A stretch of DNA of 64,000 nucleotides, from assembly GCA_963748215.1 (NCBI GenBank), contig CAVVHS010000006.1:832001-896000 (forward strand), read 5' to 3'. Source of the DNA: an uncultured Gammaproteobacteria bacterium (lineage in GTDB: Bacteria > Pseudomonadota > Gammaproteobacteria > UBA9214). Below the pieces are notes generated by a model. The model worked only from the letters and a program-made list of their open reading frames with translations. It did not search any database and was not told where the DNA came from. The number at the start of each line of letters is the position of its first letter. Position 1 is the stretch's first letter. The position numbers were made by a program, and so were the translations under genes. Positions 52,516 through 64,000 of the stretch are shown in pieces.

Positions 52516-55030
52516 CCCGTCTGGTCAAAATATTCATGCGGCCTCCCGATGGTAATACTTCAGCAGCCCACCTAACCGTTCCTTACAAACGACCGATCCG
52601 TTACCACGATTCATTGCCTTCGTAGTCCTGGAAATAACAGTACGTTGTCTTTACCTTGATGATTTCGCTCAGCATGATAATGGACCAGATACTCTCGCAG
52701 GGCACGTCTTAAGGATGTTTCGCCAAACAGAATTAACTTCGATAAACAGTCGTCCTTGACCGATTTCACCCAGCGTTCAGAAAACGCATTCAGATTCGGA
52801 CTACGCGCAGGAAGCTGGAACGTTTTGACATCGCCGGATTCGATGATGTCCCGAAATGACTCACAGTACTTGGTATCACGGTCATGGATGAGATAGCTGC
52901 AACTTTCAAGAAAACCCCCTCCATCCATGGTCACATTCCGGGCGATTTGTTTCATCCACTGCTCGTTCGGATGTGGCGTGATGCCGACTACCTCGACTTT
53001 GCGACTCTCAAGCTGGATAAAGAATAGTACGTAATAAGTGACCAACTCGGAATCCGCGCAGCGTCAGTACCTCCACGCAGAAAAAGTCGGTCCCCGCAAG
53101 AGACAGAGCATAGAGGTGGACCCCGGTAGCCGGACAGGGGTGAGGAAAGTTTAAGTGTCTTCTGCGAAGATAATTGGGATAGAGACAGGAGCAGAAGATG
53201 AAGAGGAAACGTCGTAATCATTCAGCGAGCTTCAAGGCGAAGGTAGCGGTCGCTGCCATCCGGGGAGACAAGACGCTGGCGGAATTATCCGAGCAGTTTG
53301 ATGTACATCAGAACCAGATTCAGGACTGGCGGCGGAAGTTGCTGGACCAGGCGGATCAGGTCTTTGGGCGTGGAGGTGGTTCGCCGTCCGAGTCGGAACA
53401 CAAGGTCAAGGAGCTGCATGCCAAGATTGGTCAGCTGACGATGGAACGGGATTTTTTAGAACAAGGGCTGGAAAGGATTTCACGGCCGAGAGGCAAAAAA
53501 TGATTGATTGGACGCATTCGTTGCCTGTGACCCGCCAGTGTCGTTGCTCATTCTCAATCGATCCTCGGTGTATTACCAACCGACCGGTGTTTCTGATGAG
53601 GATTTGAGGCTGATGCGGCTCATCGATGAGATCCATCTCAAGCGCCCGTTCTACGGCAGCCGCCGGATTCGGGTAATCTGCAGGATTACTGGGACACCCG
53701 GTCAATCGCAAGAAGGTGCAACGCCTGATGCAGCTGATGGGGATTTCTGCCCTCTATCCGAAGGCTAATACCAGTCGGCCGGGTAAGGGGCACAGGATCT
53801 TATTCCGTACCTGCTGAAAGGCTTGAATATAGACAGACCGAACCAGGTCTGGGCGACTGACATCAGCTATATCCCCATGGCCAGGGGCTTCGTGTATGTC
53901 GTGGCCATCATGGACTCGTACAGCCGCAAGGTCTTGGCTTGGCGGGTATCCAACAGCATGGATGCGGACTTCTGCGTGGATGCCCTGGAAGAGGCTATCA
54001 GTCGCTATGGAGCACCTGATATCTTCAACACCGATCAGGGGGCCCAGTTTACCAGTGAGGCCTTCACCGACGTTCTCAAGTCGGCAGGTATCCGGATCAG
54101 CATGGACGGCAAGGGTCGTTGGGTGGACAATGTGTTTGTGGAACGGCTGTGGCGCAGCCTGAAATACGAAGAGGTGTACCTCAAGGCATACGAAACGGTA
54201 GCCGAGGCCCGACTGGGTATTGGCAACTACTTCCAGTTCTACAATTGTGAACGCAGGCACGACAGCCTGGACCGGCAGACGCCGGATCAGGTCTATGAAG
54301 GGAGTGTAATGTGGCCGGTCGCAGCATGATCAGGCCGCAGGATGTGTGGGGAGAATACACTTAAACGGCTGTCCAAAAATCGGGGTCCATTTCTCATGTG
54401 TGCGCGGATGAAGTCCGCCCAGGTTGTGTACGCCGGCGCTCGGCGCTGGCAGGATGTCATGGCGTTGCAGAATATTGCCAACCGTTTGATCGGATAGCGT
54501 GTAGCCGAGATTCGCCATGGCGCCCACAATGCGGTCATAGCCCCAATCTGAATTCTCTTTGGCCATGCGCACTACCAGTTGCTCGGTTTCGTGATCAATT
54601 CTGGGTCGGCCGGGATATTGGCGTGACTGGGAACCATCGAATTTGCTGGCTATCAGCTTTCGATACCAGCCAGGATAGTGTTCGGGCTTTGGCATTGGCC
54701 ACATCCTCAAGGGCTTTACGGCCAAGACGATGGGCGATTTCTGCAAGTGTGATCCTCTCCCCGTCAGTGAGTCGAAGCGGCGTCTTGAGTTGAGCTTTGA
54801 GGATCCGGTTTTCGGCAGCAAGATACTCATTACGCAAAAGGAGTTCCTGGTTCACTGTCCCAGTGATGTAAGCCAGCATGCGTGCCCAATCCATAATTAT
54901 CCCCACGAGCGATTAGCATTAGCCGATAGATTGTAGGCTTAATGTGAGGGAATTTTCAAAAGCACTGTAACCAGTACGCCATATGTTAAGATGCTGATAT
55001 ATCAACAAGGATGACTTTTTTGACCACACG
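52516..55030 (-). mobile_element. Degenerate copy of the integrase-core IS at 57174-58400, interrupted by IS3
   Basis: Same TIRs and protein fragments, with frameshifts. Confidence 0.85.
53111..54396 (+). mobile_element. IS3-family element with frameshifted orfB
   Basis: TIR with TGGACCCCG core; orfA 53198-53503; WATDISY, NTDQGAQF. Confidence 0.88.
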
Positions 55031-55031
55031 A

Positions 55032-55490
55032 GGGGAAGTCGATGGTGTCGCCCTCTGTCGGATGTTCAACACCGCCATCTTCTAATTATAGAGTCCCACA
55101 CTACCTGAGCTCCGACCATGATCCGCTATTCCTGTATCACCAATGGCAAGCCAACTTACGGATTCTCGAGATCAAGAAAATCAAGTCCATCCCGCATACC
55201 CCTGTATCGCACCCCTTCGTTGAGCGACTGATCGGAACGGTTCGGCGGGAATACCTTGACCATGTCTTCTCTGGAATGCGCAGGAGATCGTGAACGGAAA
55301 CTTGGCACGTTTCTACAGTATTACAACCATACCCGTGCTGATCAGTCTCTCGATGGGAACGCACCCGCTGAAGTTAGCGGCGCAGCATCAACCACCAACT
55401 GCAAAACTCTGCAACTATTCATGGATACCACACTGTAATGGCCTTTTTCAGACGCCAATTGCTGCATGAATAGGAATTCGCCTAGGACAG
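55032..55490 (+). pseudogene. Integrase-core IS 3' fragment, same family as 37325-37945
   Basis: YLSSDHDPLF...SHPFVERLIGTVRREYLDH; end GAATTCGCCTAGGACAG. Confidence 0.75.
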
Positions 55491-56204
55491 CACGATTATC
55501 ATCGAGCAGCGCACTTGTTAAGCCACTACCCAGTAGATTTGGTAATCCTGTATTCGGATTTGGTTTACTATTGTAGGCTAGCGACAATAACGCCAGCCGC
55601 TCATTACTATCCATGAAGTTTAATTCTGGTCGAACCAGGTCTAGGCCAGTGCTTACGAGCCAGTCATCAAGAACCGCTTCATACCCATCAAAAGATATTG
55701 TCACGCCGTTTGCATCAGTTGTGCTATATCCGTCAAACGACAGCGTCGTTAAATAATCGCGCACATTCGAATCATCTATTCGCAACTCGTATTTACGAAC
55801 CAATTCAAACTGAAAATCATCATATGCCTGTTGACTAGTAAAATTTGTTGGGTCGTAGCCAAGCTGCGAGAAATAGGCAAGCCTTGCCTGCAGAATCGAA
55901 TCAAAGGCCTGCTTGGCCTGATTATTTTCTAGCTCACTTGGAGAATACGTTAAGGTAAATGCCGCAATTAATTGTCTAGCGAAGTCTTGCTCAGCAGCAA
56001 ATGCCGTGCCTACCAATTTTCGTGACCACCCAAATCGAAACCAAGCGTTTCTAATACTAGTAATCCATGATCTCTGAGATTCAGTCCTATACCGAATGTT
56101 GGTATACCCACACTATCGACGTACGCCCAGGCAATATCTCCCTCTAAGCGCTTTAGTAAGTCGATTCTGGTCGAGTTATAATTACTTTGTAGATGCAATT
56201 GCAT
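55491..56204 (-). pseudogene. GH24/lysozyme-like effector N-terminus, frameshifted near 56017 and truncated by an IS
   Basis: LKRLEG...AYVDSVGIPTFGIGLNL; ERLALLSLAYN. Confidence 0.6.
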
Positions 56205-56244
56205 ATTATCCTCCGTTATACAATTGATATTCTGTTACAGAATG

Positions 56245-57102
56245 TCATTGTAAGAACCTATAACTACACACCTGAGCAATACCACCGGATGTAAGTTGAT
56301 AGACTCGTAACTTACCCATCACAATAGGTGACTTTCCCAGAAAGTCTGGATGATTTCTCCACCATTGATCAATGTATGTTTCGCCTTTGTAGTGAAAGAC
56401 ATCATAATCAACGTCGTGAATGGCATCTTCCACAGCTGTATAACCTCGTTTTACATCGCTTGGCGCAATACCCCAATCACCTTTTTTCACAGGTCTAAAT
56501 ACTTCACGCCCCTTTTTATTCAATGGCGGATGAGGCATGAGCATTTCAGTTTTCTTTAGATCAATGTGCTTGTAATCTGTGCTCAATACCGCCAATAATG
56601 ATCCGTACACACTACCGCACGGTTGCTCGAAGTAGACCGGCTCTTTTTTACCGTCATTATCGATATCAAATTCCGACAAAAAAGGCAGATACCCATATCT
56701 CTGGCGATCTGCTATATAAGCCCCATGCGCCTCTTCGACCTGTAGCATCGTTGCTTGCCATTGCGGCCATTTGTCCACACGATAATATTTAACAGGATTG
56801 ACATCTTGCTCCCATAGCAGCGCTGTCATTTCATTCCTGAATGCTTGTATTGGCTTCCCTGATGGAGTTAAATCACCTTGATACGAAGACCACTCAGGCT
56901 TAGAAAAGCCATAATCCGTATTAACCTTACGTCCACAAGACATAGGCACCTTGGGATTAAATGAATTCAAATTTCTTTCATAGGCCTCACATATTTGCAC
57001 ATTTTTGCCTTCGAGCAATTTGTATTGGCCACTCAACGCTACAGTTGGCGTGCAACCCCACGTTAGAATTACTACCGCCAATATTACAATATACATATTC
57101 AT
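56245..57102 (-). CDS. Exported hypothetical protein, possible immunity partner
   Basis: Signal-like MNMYIVILAVVILTWGC; FDIDNDGKKE; AT-rich; upstream codons overlap the IS end. Confidence 0.6.
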   Translation of the reverse strand: MNMYIVILAVVILTWGCTPTVALSGQYKLLEGKNVQICEAYERNLNSFNPKVPMSCGRKVNTDYGFSKPEWSSYQGDLTPSGKPIQAFRNEMTALLWEQDVNPVKYYRVDKWPQWQATMLQVEEAHGAYIADRQRYGYLPFLSEFDIDNDGKKEPVYFEQPCGSVYGSLLAVLSTDYKHIDLKKTEMLMPHPPLNKKGREVFRPVKKGDWGIAPSDVKRGYTAVEDAIHDVDYDVFHYKGETYIDQWWRNHPDFLGKSPIVMGKLRVYQLTSGGIAQVCSYRFLQ

Positions 57103-57173
57103 AATGTGACCACTCACTAGTAAATGATATGCCGATTGAAATTGATGGGTAAAAATTGCCGCCAATAGCTGTG

Positions 57174-58400
57174 CCCGTCTGGTCAAAATATTCATGCGGC
57201 CTCCCGATGGTAATACTTCAGCAGCCCACCTAACCGTTCCTTACAAACGACCGATCCGTTACCACGATTCATTGCCTTCGTAGTAGCTGGAAATAACAGT
57301 ACGTTGTCTTTACCTTGATGATTTCGCTCAGCATGATAATGGACCAGATACTCTCGCAGGGCACGTCTTAAGGATGTTTCGCCAAACAGAATTAACTTCG
57401 ATAAACAGTCGTCCTTGACCGATTTCACCCAGCGTTCAGAAAACGCATTCAGATTCGGACTACGCGCAGGAAGTGGCAACGTTTTGACATCGCCGGATTC
57501 GATGATGTCCCGAAATGACTCACAGTACTTGGTATCACGGTCATGGATGAGATAGCTGCAACTTTCAAGAAAACCCCACTCATCCATGGTCACATTCCGG
57601 GCGATTTGTTTCATCCACTGCTCGTTCGGATGTGGCGTGATGCCGACTATCTCGACTTTGCGACTCTCAAGCTGGATAAAGAATAGCACGTAATAAGTGA
57701 CCAATCCGCGCAGCGTCAGTACCTCCACTGAGAAAAAGTCGGTCCCCGCAAGAACAGACATGTGTGCGCGTATGAAGTCCGCCCAGGTTGTAGTACGCTG
57801 GCGCTCCGGCGCTGGCAGGATGTCATGGCGTTGCAGAATATTGCCAACCGTTTGATCGGATAGCGTGTAGCCGAGATTCGCCATGGCGCCCACAATGCGG
57901 TCATAGCCCCAATCTGAATTCTCTTTGGCCATGCGCACTACCAGTTGCTCGGTTTCGTGATCAATTCTGGGTCGGCCGGGATATTGGCGTGACTGGGAAC
58001 CATCGAATTTGCGGGCTATCAGCTTTCGATACCAGCCCAGGATAGTGTCGGGCTTTGCGGCATTGGCCACATCCTCAAGGGCTTTACGGCCAAGACGATG
58101 GGCGATTTCTGCAAGTGTAATCCTCTCCCCGTCAGTGAGTCGCAGCGGCGTCTTGAGTTGAGCTTTGAGGATCCGGTTTTCGGCAGCAAGATACTCATTA
58201 CGCAAAAGGAGTTCCTGGTTCACTGTCCCAGTGATGTAAGCCAGCATGCGTGCCCAATCCATAATTATCCCCACGAGCGATTAGCATTAGCCGATAGATT
58301 GTAGGCTTAATGTGAGGGAATTTTCAAAAGCACTGTAACCAGTACGCCATATGTTAAGATGTTGATATATCAACACGGATGAGTTTTTTGACCACACGGG
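57174..58400 (-). mobile_element. Integrase-core (IS481-like) IS with intact 360-aa transposase (57192-58274)
   Basis: TIR CCCGT(C/G)TGGTCAAAA; TDFF, LIHDRDTKY, NAFSERWV. Confidence 0.88.
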
Positions 58401-58520
58401 ATCACGACACACTACTCAGCGGCCGAATTGCACAACCTGATTGCGGCCGCAAACAGGGTGTCGGACGAAAAGTCCCGCAAAAGTCCCGCACTGACAATTT
58501 TGAACAGGAAGACTGGTTAG
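58401..58520 (+). pseudogene. C-terminal 39 codons of a tyrosine integrase, truncated by an IS
   Basis: ITTHYSAAELHNLIAAANRV...SRKSPAL* (T..Y catalytic motif); contains AAAAGTCCCGC x2; points toward the tRNA 3' end. Confidence 0.7.
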
Positions 58521-58559
58521 AGAAAGTGGCTCTAACCAACTGAGTGGTATAGGGAAAAA

Positions 58560-58637
<78 letters not shown>

Positions 58638-58716
58638 AAGTGAAGTGTGCGCTTCGCGCACCAGGCACATGTTAACAATAAAAGCAGGTGCGCACAGCGC
58701 ACCCTGCGATAAATAA

Positions 58717-59073
58717 CTACCGTTTCAGAAGATGCAGCACGTCCTCGAGTTCGACGCGGATCTGGTGCACGATCTGCAGGCTCTGGGTGACGTCTTCCTT
58801 CGCGTCCTCGCCGGACATCTTCTGGCGCGCGCCACCGATGGTGAAGCCCTGTTCGTACAGCAGGCTGCGGATCTGGCGGATCATCAGCACGTCCTGGCGC
58901 TGGTAATAACGCCGGTTGCCACGCCGCTTGACCGGTTTCAGCTGCGGAAATTCCTGTTCCCAGTAACGCAGCACGTGCGGCTTCACGCCGCACAGATCAC
59001 TTACTTCACCGATGGTGAAATAGCGCTTGCCCGGGATGACTGGAAGTTCGTTGTTATTGCTCACTTCCAGCAT
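58717..59073 (-). CDS. MerR-family regulator (conserved after ihfA)
   Basis: [27 protein letters not shown]. Confidence 0.95.
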   Translation of the reverse strand: MLEVSNNNELPVIPGKRYFTIGEVSDLCGVKPHVLRYWEQEFPQLKPVKRRGNRRYYQRQDVLMIRQIRSLLYEQGFTIGGARQKMSGEDAKEDVTQSLQIVHQIRVELEDVLHLLKR

Positions 59074-59353
59074 ACGCTTCTACCCTCGCCTTGAGTTTCT
59101 GACCAGACCGGAAGGTGACGACGCGTCGTGCGGAAATCGGTATTTCTTCACCCGTTTTCGGATTACGGCCGGGACGCTCGTTTTTTTCTCGCAGGTCGAA
59201 ATTCCCGAACCCGGAAAGCTTCACCTGGCGTCCGTTCTCCAGTGCCGCGCGAATCTCCTCGAAAAAGAGTTCGACCAGTTCCTTGGCCTCGCGCTTGTTC
59301 AATCCCAGCTCCTCAAACAGCCTTTCTGCCATGTCGGCTTTGGTTAGTGCCAT
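59054..59353 (-). CDS. ihfA: Integration host factor alpha
   Basis: [32 protein letters not shown]. Confidence 0.98.
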   Translation of the reverse strand: MALTKADMAERLFEELGLNKREAKELVELFFEEIRAALENGRQVKLSGFGNFDLREKNERPGRNPKTGEEIPISARRVVTFRSGQKLKARVEAYAGSEQ

Positions 59354-59357
59354 AGCG

Positions 59358-61733
59358 TTACTCTCTCAGTGATGCCCCAAGTTTTTTACCGAGCCCCTCG
59401 GTGATCCGGCCAACCGCGGATTCGATATCATCCTCGGTAAGTGTGCGGGAATAATCCTGTAGAATCAAGCCGAAAGCCATGCTTTTTCGCCCCTTTTCTA
59501 CTCCCTGTCCCTGATAAATGTCAAAAATTACCAGCTCCTGCAGCAGTTCGCCGGCGGCCTCGCGCACCACCTCCAGCACGGCATCGGCCCCGATGTCGAC
59601 GTCCACCACCACCGCCAGGTCGCGGCGGATCGACGGGAAGCGCGAGATCGCGGCAAAGCTTGCCAGCCTTCCGCTGCCGAGTGCCGCATAGTCCAGTTCG
59701 AACACACAGGTGGCCGGATCGAGGTCGAGCTGCCTGGCCAGCTGCGGGTGCAGCCGACCCAGCCAGCCGACTGTAACGTCGTCCACACGGATCGCCGCTG
59801 ACTGCCCCGGATGCAGTGCCGGGTGTGCGTCCGCGACGAAACGGAAATCGTTACCGGCACGCGCCAGCAGTGTTTCGACATCCTGTTTCAGGTCATAGAA
59901 GTCTACCGGTGTGCCCTTGCCATCCCAGTGTTCGGGCAGGCGCGAACCGGTGGCGATGCCGGCCAGCACCGGGTCCTGCTGTATCTCGCCGGACTCGCGC
60001 CAGAAGCGCAGTCCGTATTCGAACAGGCGCACGCGTGTCTTCTGGCGGTTGATATTATGCTGCACGGCCTTCAGCAGACCCGGCCACAGGCTGGTGCGCA
60101 TGGCGGCCATCTCCGAGGAAATCGGGTTGGCCAGCAGTACCGCTTCCCGTTCCGGGTTCACGGCCTGCTGCAACTGCGGATCGACGAAGCTGTAGGTTAT
60201 GACCTCCTGGAAACCGCGCGCCACGAGCAGGTCACTGTAGTGTTCGATGCTGCGCGCCGTCTCGGCCAGTGGCCGCACATCGAGACTGCCCTGCATGGCG
60301 ATGCTGGGCAGACGGTTGTAGCCGTAGATGCGTCCGACCTCCTCGATGAGGTCGGCCTCGATGGCGATATCGAAACGGAACGACGGCGGCAGCACGCGCC
60401 AGCCCGTCGCGTCCTGCATCTCGACCTGCATACCGAGGCGTTGCAGGATCTCGCTGATCTCGCGGTCCGCCGGCAGCATGCCGAGCACGCGTTCGATACG
60501 CTGCTTGCGCAGGATGATCGATTCGCGCGCCGGCAACTGTGCCGGCGCCACACGTTCGATCACCGGACCGGCCGCGCCGCCGCAAATCGCCAGCAACAGT
60601 GCCGTGGCACGCTCGATGGCGCGGGCCTGCAGCTGCGGGTCGACACCGCGCTCGAAGCGGTGCGCCGAATCGGTATGCATCGCATAGCGACGTGCACAGC
60701 CGGCGATCGACTCGGGCGGGAAAAACGCACATTCCAGGAATACATCCGCGGTAGCATCCGTGACACCGGAATCCATGCCGCCCATGACGCCGGCTATGGC
60801 CAGCACCTTGTCGTGATCGGCGATCACCAGCGTGTCTGCGTCCAGCTCGATCTCGCGTTCGTCCAGCAGGGTCAGCCGCTCACCCTGCCCTGCAAAACGG
60901 ACGCGGATGCCGCCGGACAGACGCGCCAGGTCGAAGGCATGCATCGGCTGGCCGAGCTCGAGCATGACGTAGTTGGTGACATCCACCAGCGGACCCAGGC
61001 TGCGCAGACCGCTGCGCCGCAGGCGCTCCTGCATCCACAACGGCGTCTCCGCCGTGGCCTGCACACCGCGCAAGACGCGGCCGAGGTAGCGCGGACAGGC
61101 CTGCGGTACCTGTACCTCAACGTCGTAGCTGTCATCGATGCTCGCCGCTACCGGCGCAATGTCCACGGTATTGACTGGCGTGCGGGTCAGCGTACCGACC
61201 TCGCGCGCCACGCCTTCCAGGCCCAGGCAGTCGCCGCGGTTCGGGGTGAGGTCGATCTCGATCAGCGTATCGTCGAGGCCGAGCGCATCGACCAGCGACT
61301 GCCCGGCGTGCACCGTGGCCGGCAGGTCCATCAGGCCCTGGCTGTCCTCGCTCAGACCGAGCTCCTTCGCCGAACAGAGCATGCCGAACGACTCCACGCC
61401 GCGCAGCTTGCTTTTCTTTATTCTGAAATCGCCGGGCAGTTTCGCACCCACCGGCGCCAGCGGATACTTGCCGCCGACCGCGACATTGGGCGCGCCGCAC
61501 ACCACCTGCAGGGGCTCACCCTCGCCCAGCGATACGCGGCAAACGCGCAGCTTGTCGGCATCGGGATGTTTTTCGAGCGCAATAACCTCACCGACACGCA
61601 GGTCGGCCAGCCCCGTGCCCAGGCGCTCGACCGAGTCGACTTCCAGACCGGCCATGGTCAGCTGTGCAACCAGTTCGTCGGTCGAAACCGGCGGGTTGAC
61701 CCATTCCCGCAGCCATTGTTCGCTGAATTTCAT
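59358..61733 (-). CDS. pheT: Phenylalanine-tRNA ligase beta subunit
   Basis: [37 protein letters not shown]. Confidence 0.98.
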   Translation of the reverse strand: MKFSEQWLREWVNPPVSTDELVAQLTMAGLEVDSVERLGTGLADLRVGEVIALEKHPDADKLRVCRVSLGEGEPLQVVCGAPNVAVGGKYPLAPVGAKLPGDFRIKKSKLRGVESFGMLCSAKELGLSEDSQGLMDLPATVHAGQSLVDALGLDDTLIEIDLTPNRGDCLGLEGVAREVGTLTRTPVNTVDIAPVAASIDDSYDVEVQVPQACPRYLGRVLRGVQATAETPLWMQERLRRSGLRSLGPLVDVTNYVMLELGQPMHAFDLARLSGGIRVRFAGQGERLTLLDEREIELDADTLVIADHDKVLAIAGVMGGMDSGVTDATADVFLECAFFPPESIAGCARRYAMHTDSAHRFERGVDPQLQARAIERATALLLAICGGAAGPVIERVAPAQLPARESIILRKQRIERVLGMLPADREISEILQRLGMQVEMQDATGWRVLPPSFRFDIAIEADLIEEVGRIYGYNRLPSIAMQGSLDVRPLAETARSIEHYSDLLVARGFQEVITYSFVDPQLQQAVNPEREAVLLANPISSEMAAMRTSLWPGLLKAVQHNINRQKTRVRLFEYGLRFWRESGEIQQDPVLAGIATGSRLPEHWDGKGTPVDFYDLKQDVETLLARAGNDFRFVADAHPALHPGQSAAIRVDDVTVGWLGRLHPQLARQLDLDPATCVFELDYAALGSGRLASFAAISRFPSIRRDLAVVVDVDIGADAVLEVVREAAGELLQELVIFDIYQGQGVEKGRKSMAFGLILQDYSRTLTEDDIESAVGRITEGLGKKLGASLRE

Positions 61734-61760
61734 AATTGCTATGTCTTAAACCAGTTTATT

Positions 61761-61954
61761 CTCGCGCAGAGACGCAAAGGACGCAGAGAATTTCAATTTC
61801 ATCACGATGGATCTGAAATCATGCGAGCTCTACAAGAAGCACACATCTTTCCCTGCGCATTTTTTTACAAAAACAATCGCGCTTGCGAAGCGCTCCTACA
61901 ACATCACTTAGCACAGCATATTTATACATGATTTTCTCTGCGTCTCTGCGCGAG
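61761..61954. repeat. REPIN-like inverted repeat pair between pheS and pheT
   Basis: CTCGCGCAGAGACGCA... / ...TGCGTCTCTGCGCGAG. Confidence 0.65.
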
Positions 61955-61959
61955 GCTTC

Positions 61960-63003
<1,044 letters not shown>

Positions 63004-63331
63004 TCATGCAGTGATCGATTCGCTGCAATCCACTTGCTTTCACATCGGTATCAGCCAGTCAAGCTCGCCTGCTCAAGATTGAATCCGTACGACTGATGCA
63101 TCTTACCCAGCCCCGCACACTCCGGGTAAAGATTGGGGTATGGAGATAAAATCGGTGCAGTCAACTGCGTCTCTTGTATCCCCTCCAGGACTCCTGTTCT
63201 TATTAATCCTGCAACCGTCGCTGCATACAACATGCTGCTCGATTGGTGTCAGCCCCCTCTCACTCCGGTCTATACTCTCCCGGAGGGAGAGGGGATGGCA
63301 GTCTCAAACGCCTGCGACAGCCGGATTGAAC

Positions 63332-63365
63332 AAAAAAGGGGAAAGACTTTCGTCCTTCCCCTTTC
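63332..63365 (-). terminator. Rho-independent terminator after rplT
   Basis: AAAGGGGAAGGAC-GAAA-GTCTTTCCCCTTTTTTT on the - strand. Confidence 0.7.
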
Positions 63366-63388
63366 TGGCAGCCATCTGCAAGCGGGGC

Positions 63389-63748
63389 TTAGGCAGACAA
63401 TCCGGCCTTGGCCTTTTCCGCCAGCGCACTGAAGCCGGCTGCGTCGAATACGGCCAGATCGGCCATCACCTTGCGGTCGACCTCGATATTGGCCTTGCTC
63501 AGACCCTCGATCAGGCGGCTGTAGGACATACCGTTCTCGCGGGCCGCGGCGTTGATACGCGCAATCCACAAGGCACGGAACTGGCGCTTTCTTTGACGCC
63601 GGTCGCGATAGGCATACTGGCCGGCCTTGATGACCGCCTGCTTGGCAACACGGTAAACCTTGCTGCGCGCACCGTAGTAACCCTTCGCCTTGTCCAGCAC
63701 CTTCTTGTGCCGGGCGTGAGCGGTTACACCACGTTTAACTCTTGGCAT
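63389..63748 (-). CDS. rplT: 50S ribosomal protein L20
   Basis: [30 protein letters not shown]. Confidence 0.99.
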   Translation of the reverse strand: MPRVKRGVTAHARHKKVLDKAKGYYGARSKVYRVAKQAVIKAGQYAYRDRRQRKRQFRALWIARINAAARENGMSYSRLIEGLSKANIEVDRKVMADLAVFDAAGFSALAEKAKAGLSA

Positions 63749-63772
63749 GACTGACTACCTCGAAAAATGAAT

Positions 63773-63970
63773 TCAGACAAAGGGCAGCATGCGGCGCACC
63801 ATGGCCACGTCGGCCTCGTGCACCTGCGCCGGCGAACCGAGCTGGCGTTTACGCTTGCTGCTCTTCTTGGTCAGGATGTGACGCAGGTGCGACTGGCCGC
63901 GCTTGAAGCCGCCGGAGCCGGTCTTCTTGAAGCGCTTGGCAGCACCGCGATTGGTTTTTAACTTGGGCAT
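63773..63970 (-). CDS. rpmI: 50S ribosomal protein L35
   Basis: [17 protein letters not shown]. Confidence 0.99.
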   Translation of the reverse strand: MPKLKTNRGAAKRFKKTGSGGFKRGQSHLRHILTKKSSKRKRQLGSPAQVHEADVAMVRRMLPFV

Positions 63971-64000
63971 TGTCGTTCTACTCCAATACTATAAAAAAAT

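Noticed and set aside
59811-61931. 706-aa + strand ORF
   Set aside because: Antisense shadow of GC-rich pheT.
63253-63295. Phe attenuator or ncRNA upstream of pheS
   Set aside because: No Phe-rich leader was seen; CCCCTCTC...GAGAGGGG looks like a common REP-like hairpin.

Overview
The window looks gammaproteobacterial (inferred from gene order and protein sequences). Its right end is conserved core: rpmI-rplT-pheS-pheT-ihfA-MerR-like-tRNA-Pro(GGG). Left of tRNA-Pro lies a mosaic island of more than 58 kb. Cargo includes a WcbR/RkpA-like capsule PKS, glycosyltransferases, a Crp/Fnr plus small stress-protein cluster, czcCBA, four toxin-antitoxin modules, an uncharacterised three-gene coiled-coil operon, a VWA+DnaJ pair and many IS remnants (IS91/ISCR, IS3, IS481-like, IS630). 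The most striking structure is non-coding. About nine co-oriented copies of the 3' half of tRNA-Arg(ACG) punctuate the island; the complete ones end at or within 2 nt of the anticodon loop and are flanked by IHF and integrase arm-type sites, yet no intact tyrosine integrase is present. Most copies are split at TT^CGAA by a roughly 71-75 bp hairpin element. A related element also sits in an IS91 transposase gene, and the expanded versions host nested 42-48 bp insertions. A second clear signal is a six-copy TGTAC-N6-GTACA box, five copies with a fixed-spacing -10 element, around two Crp/Fnr genes. All calls come from reading the sequence by eye; no database searches were run.
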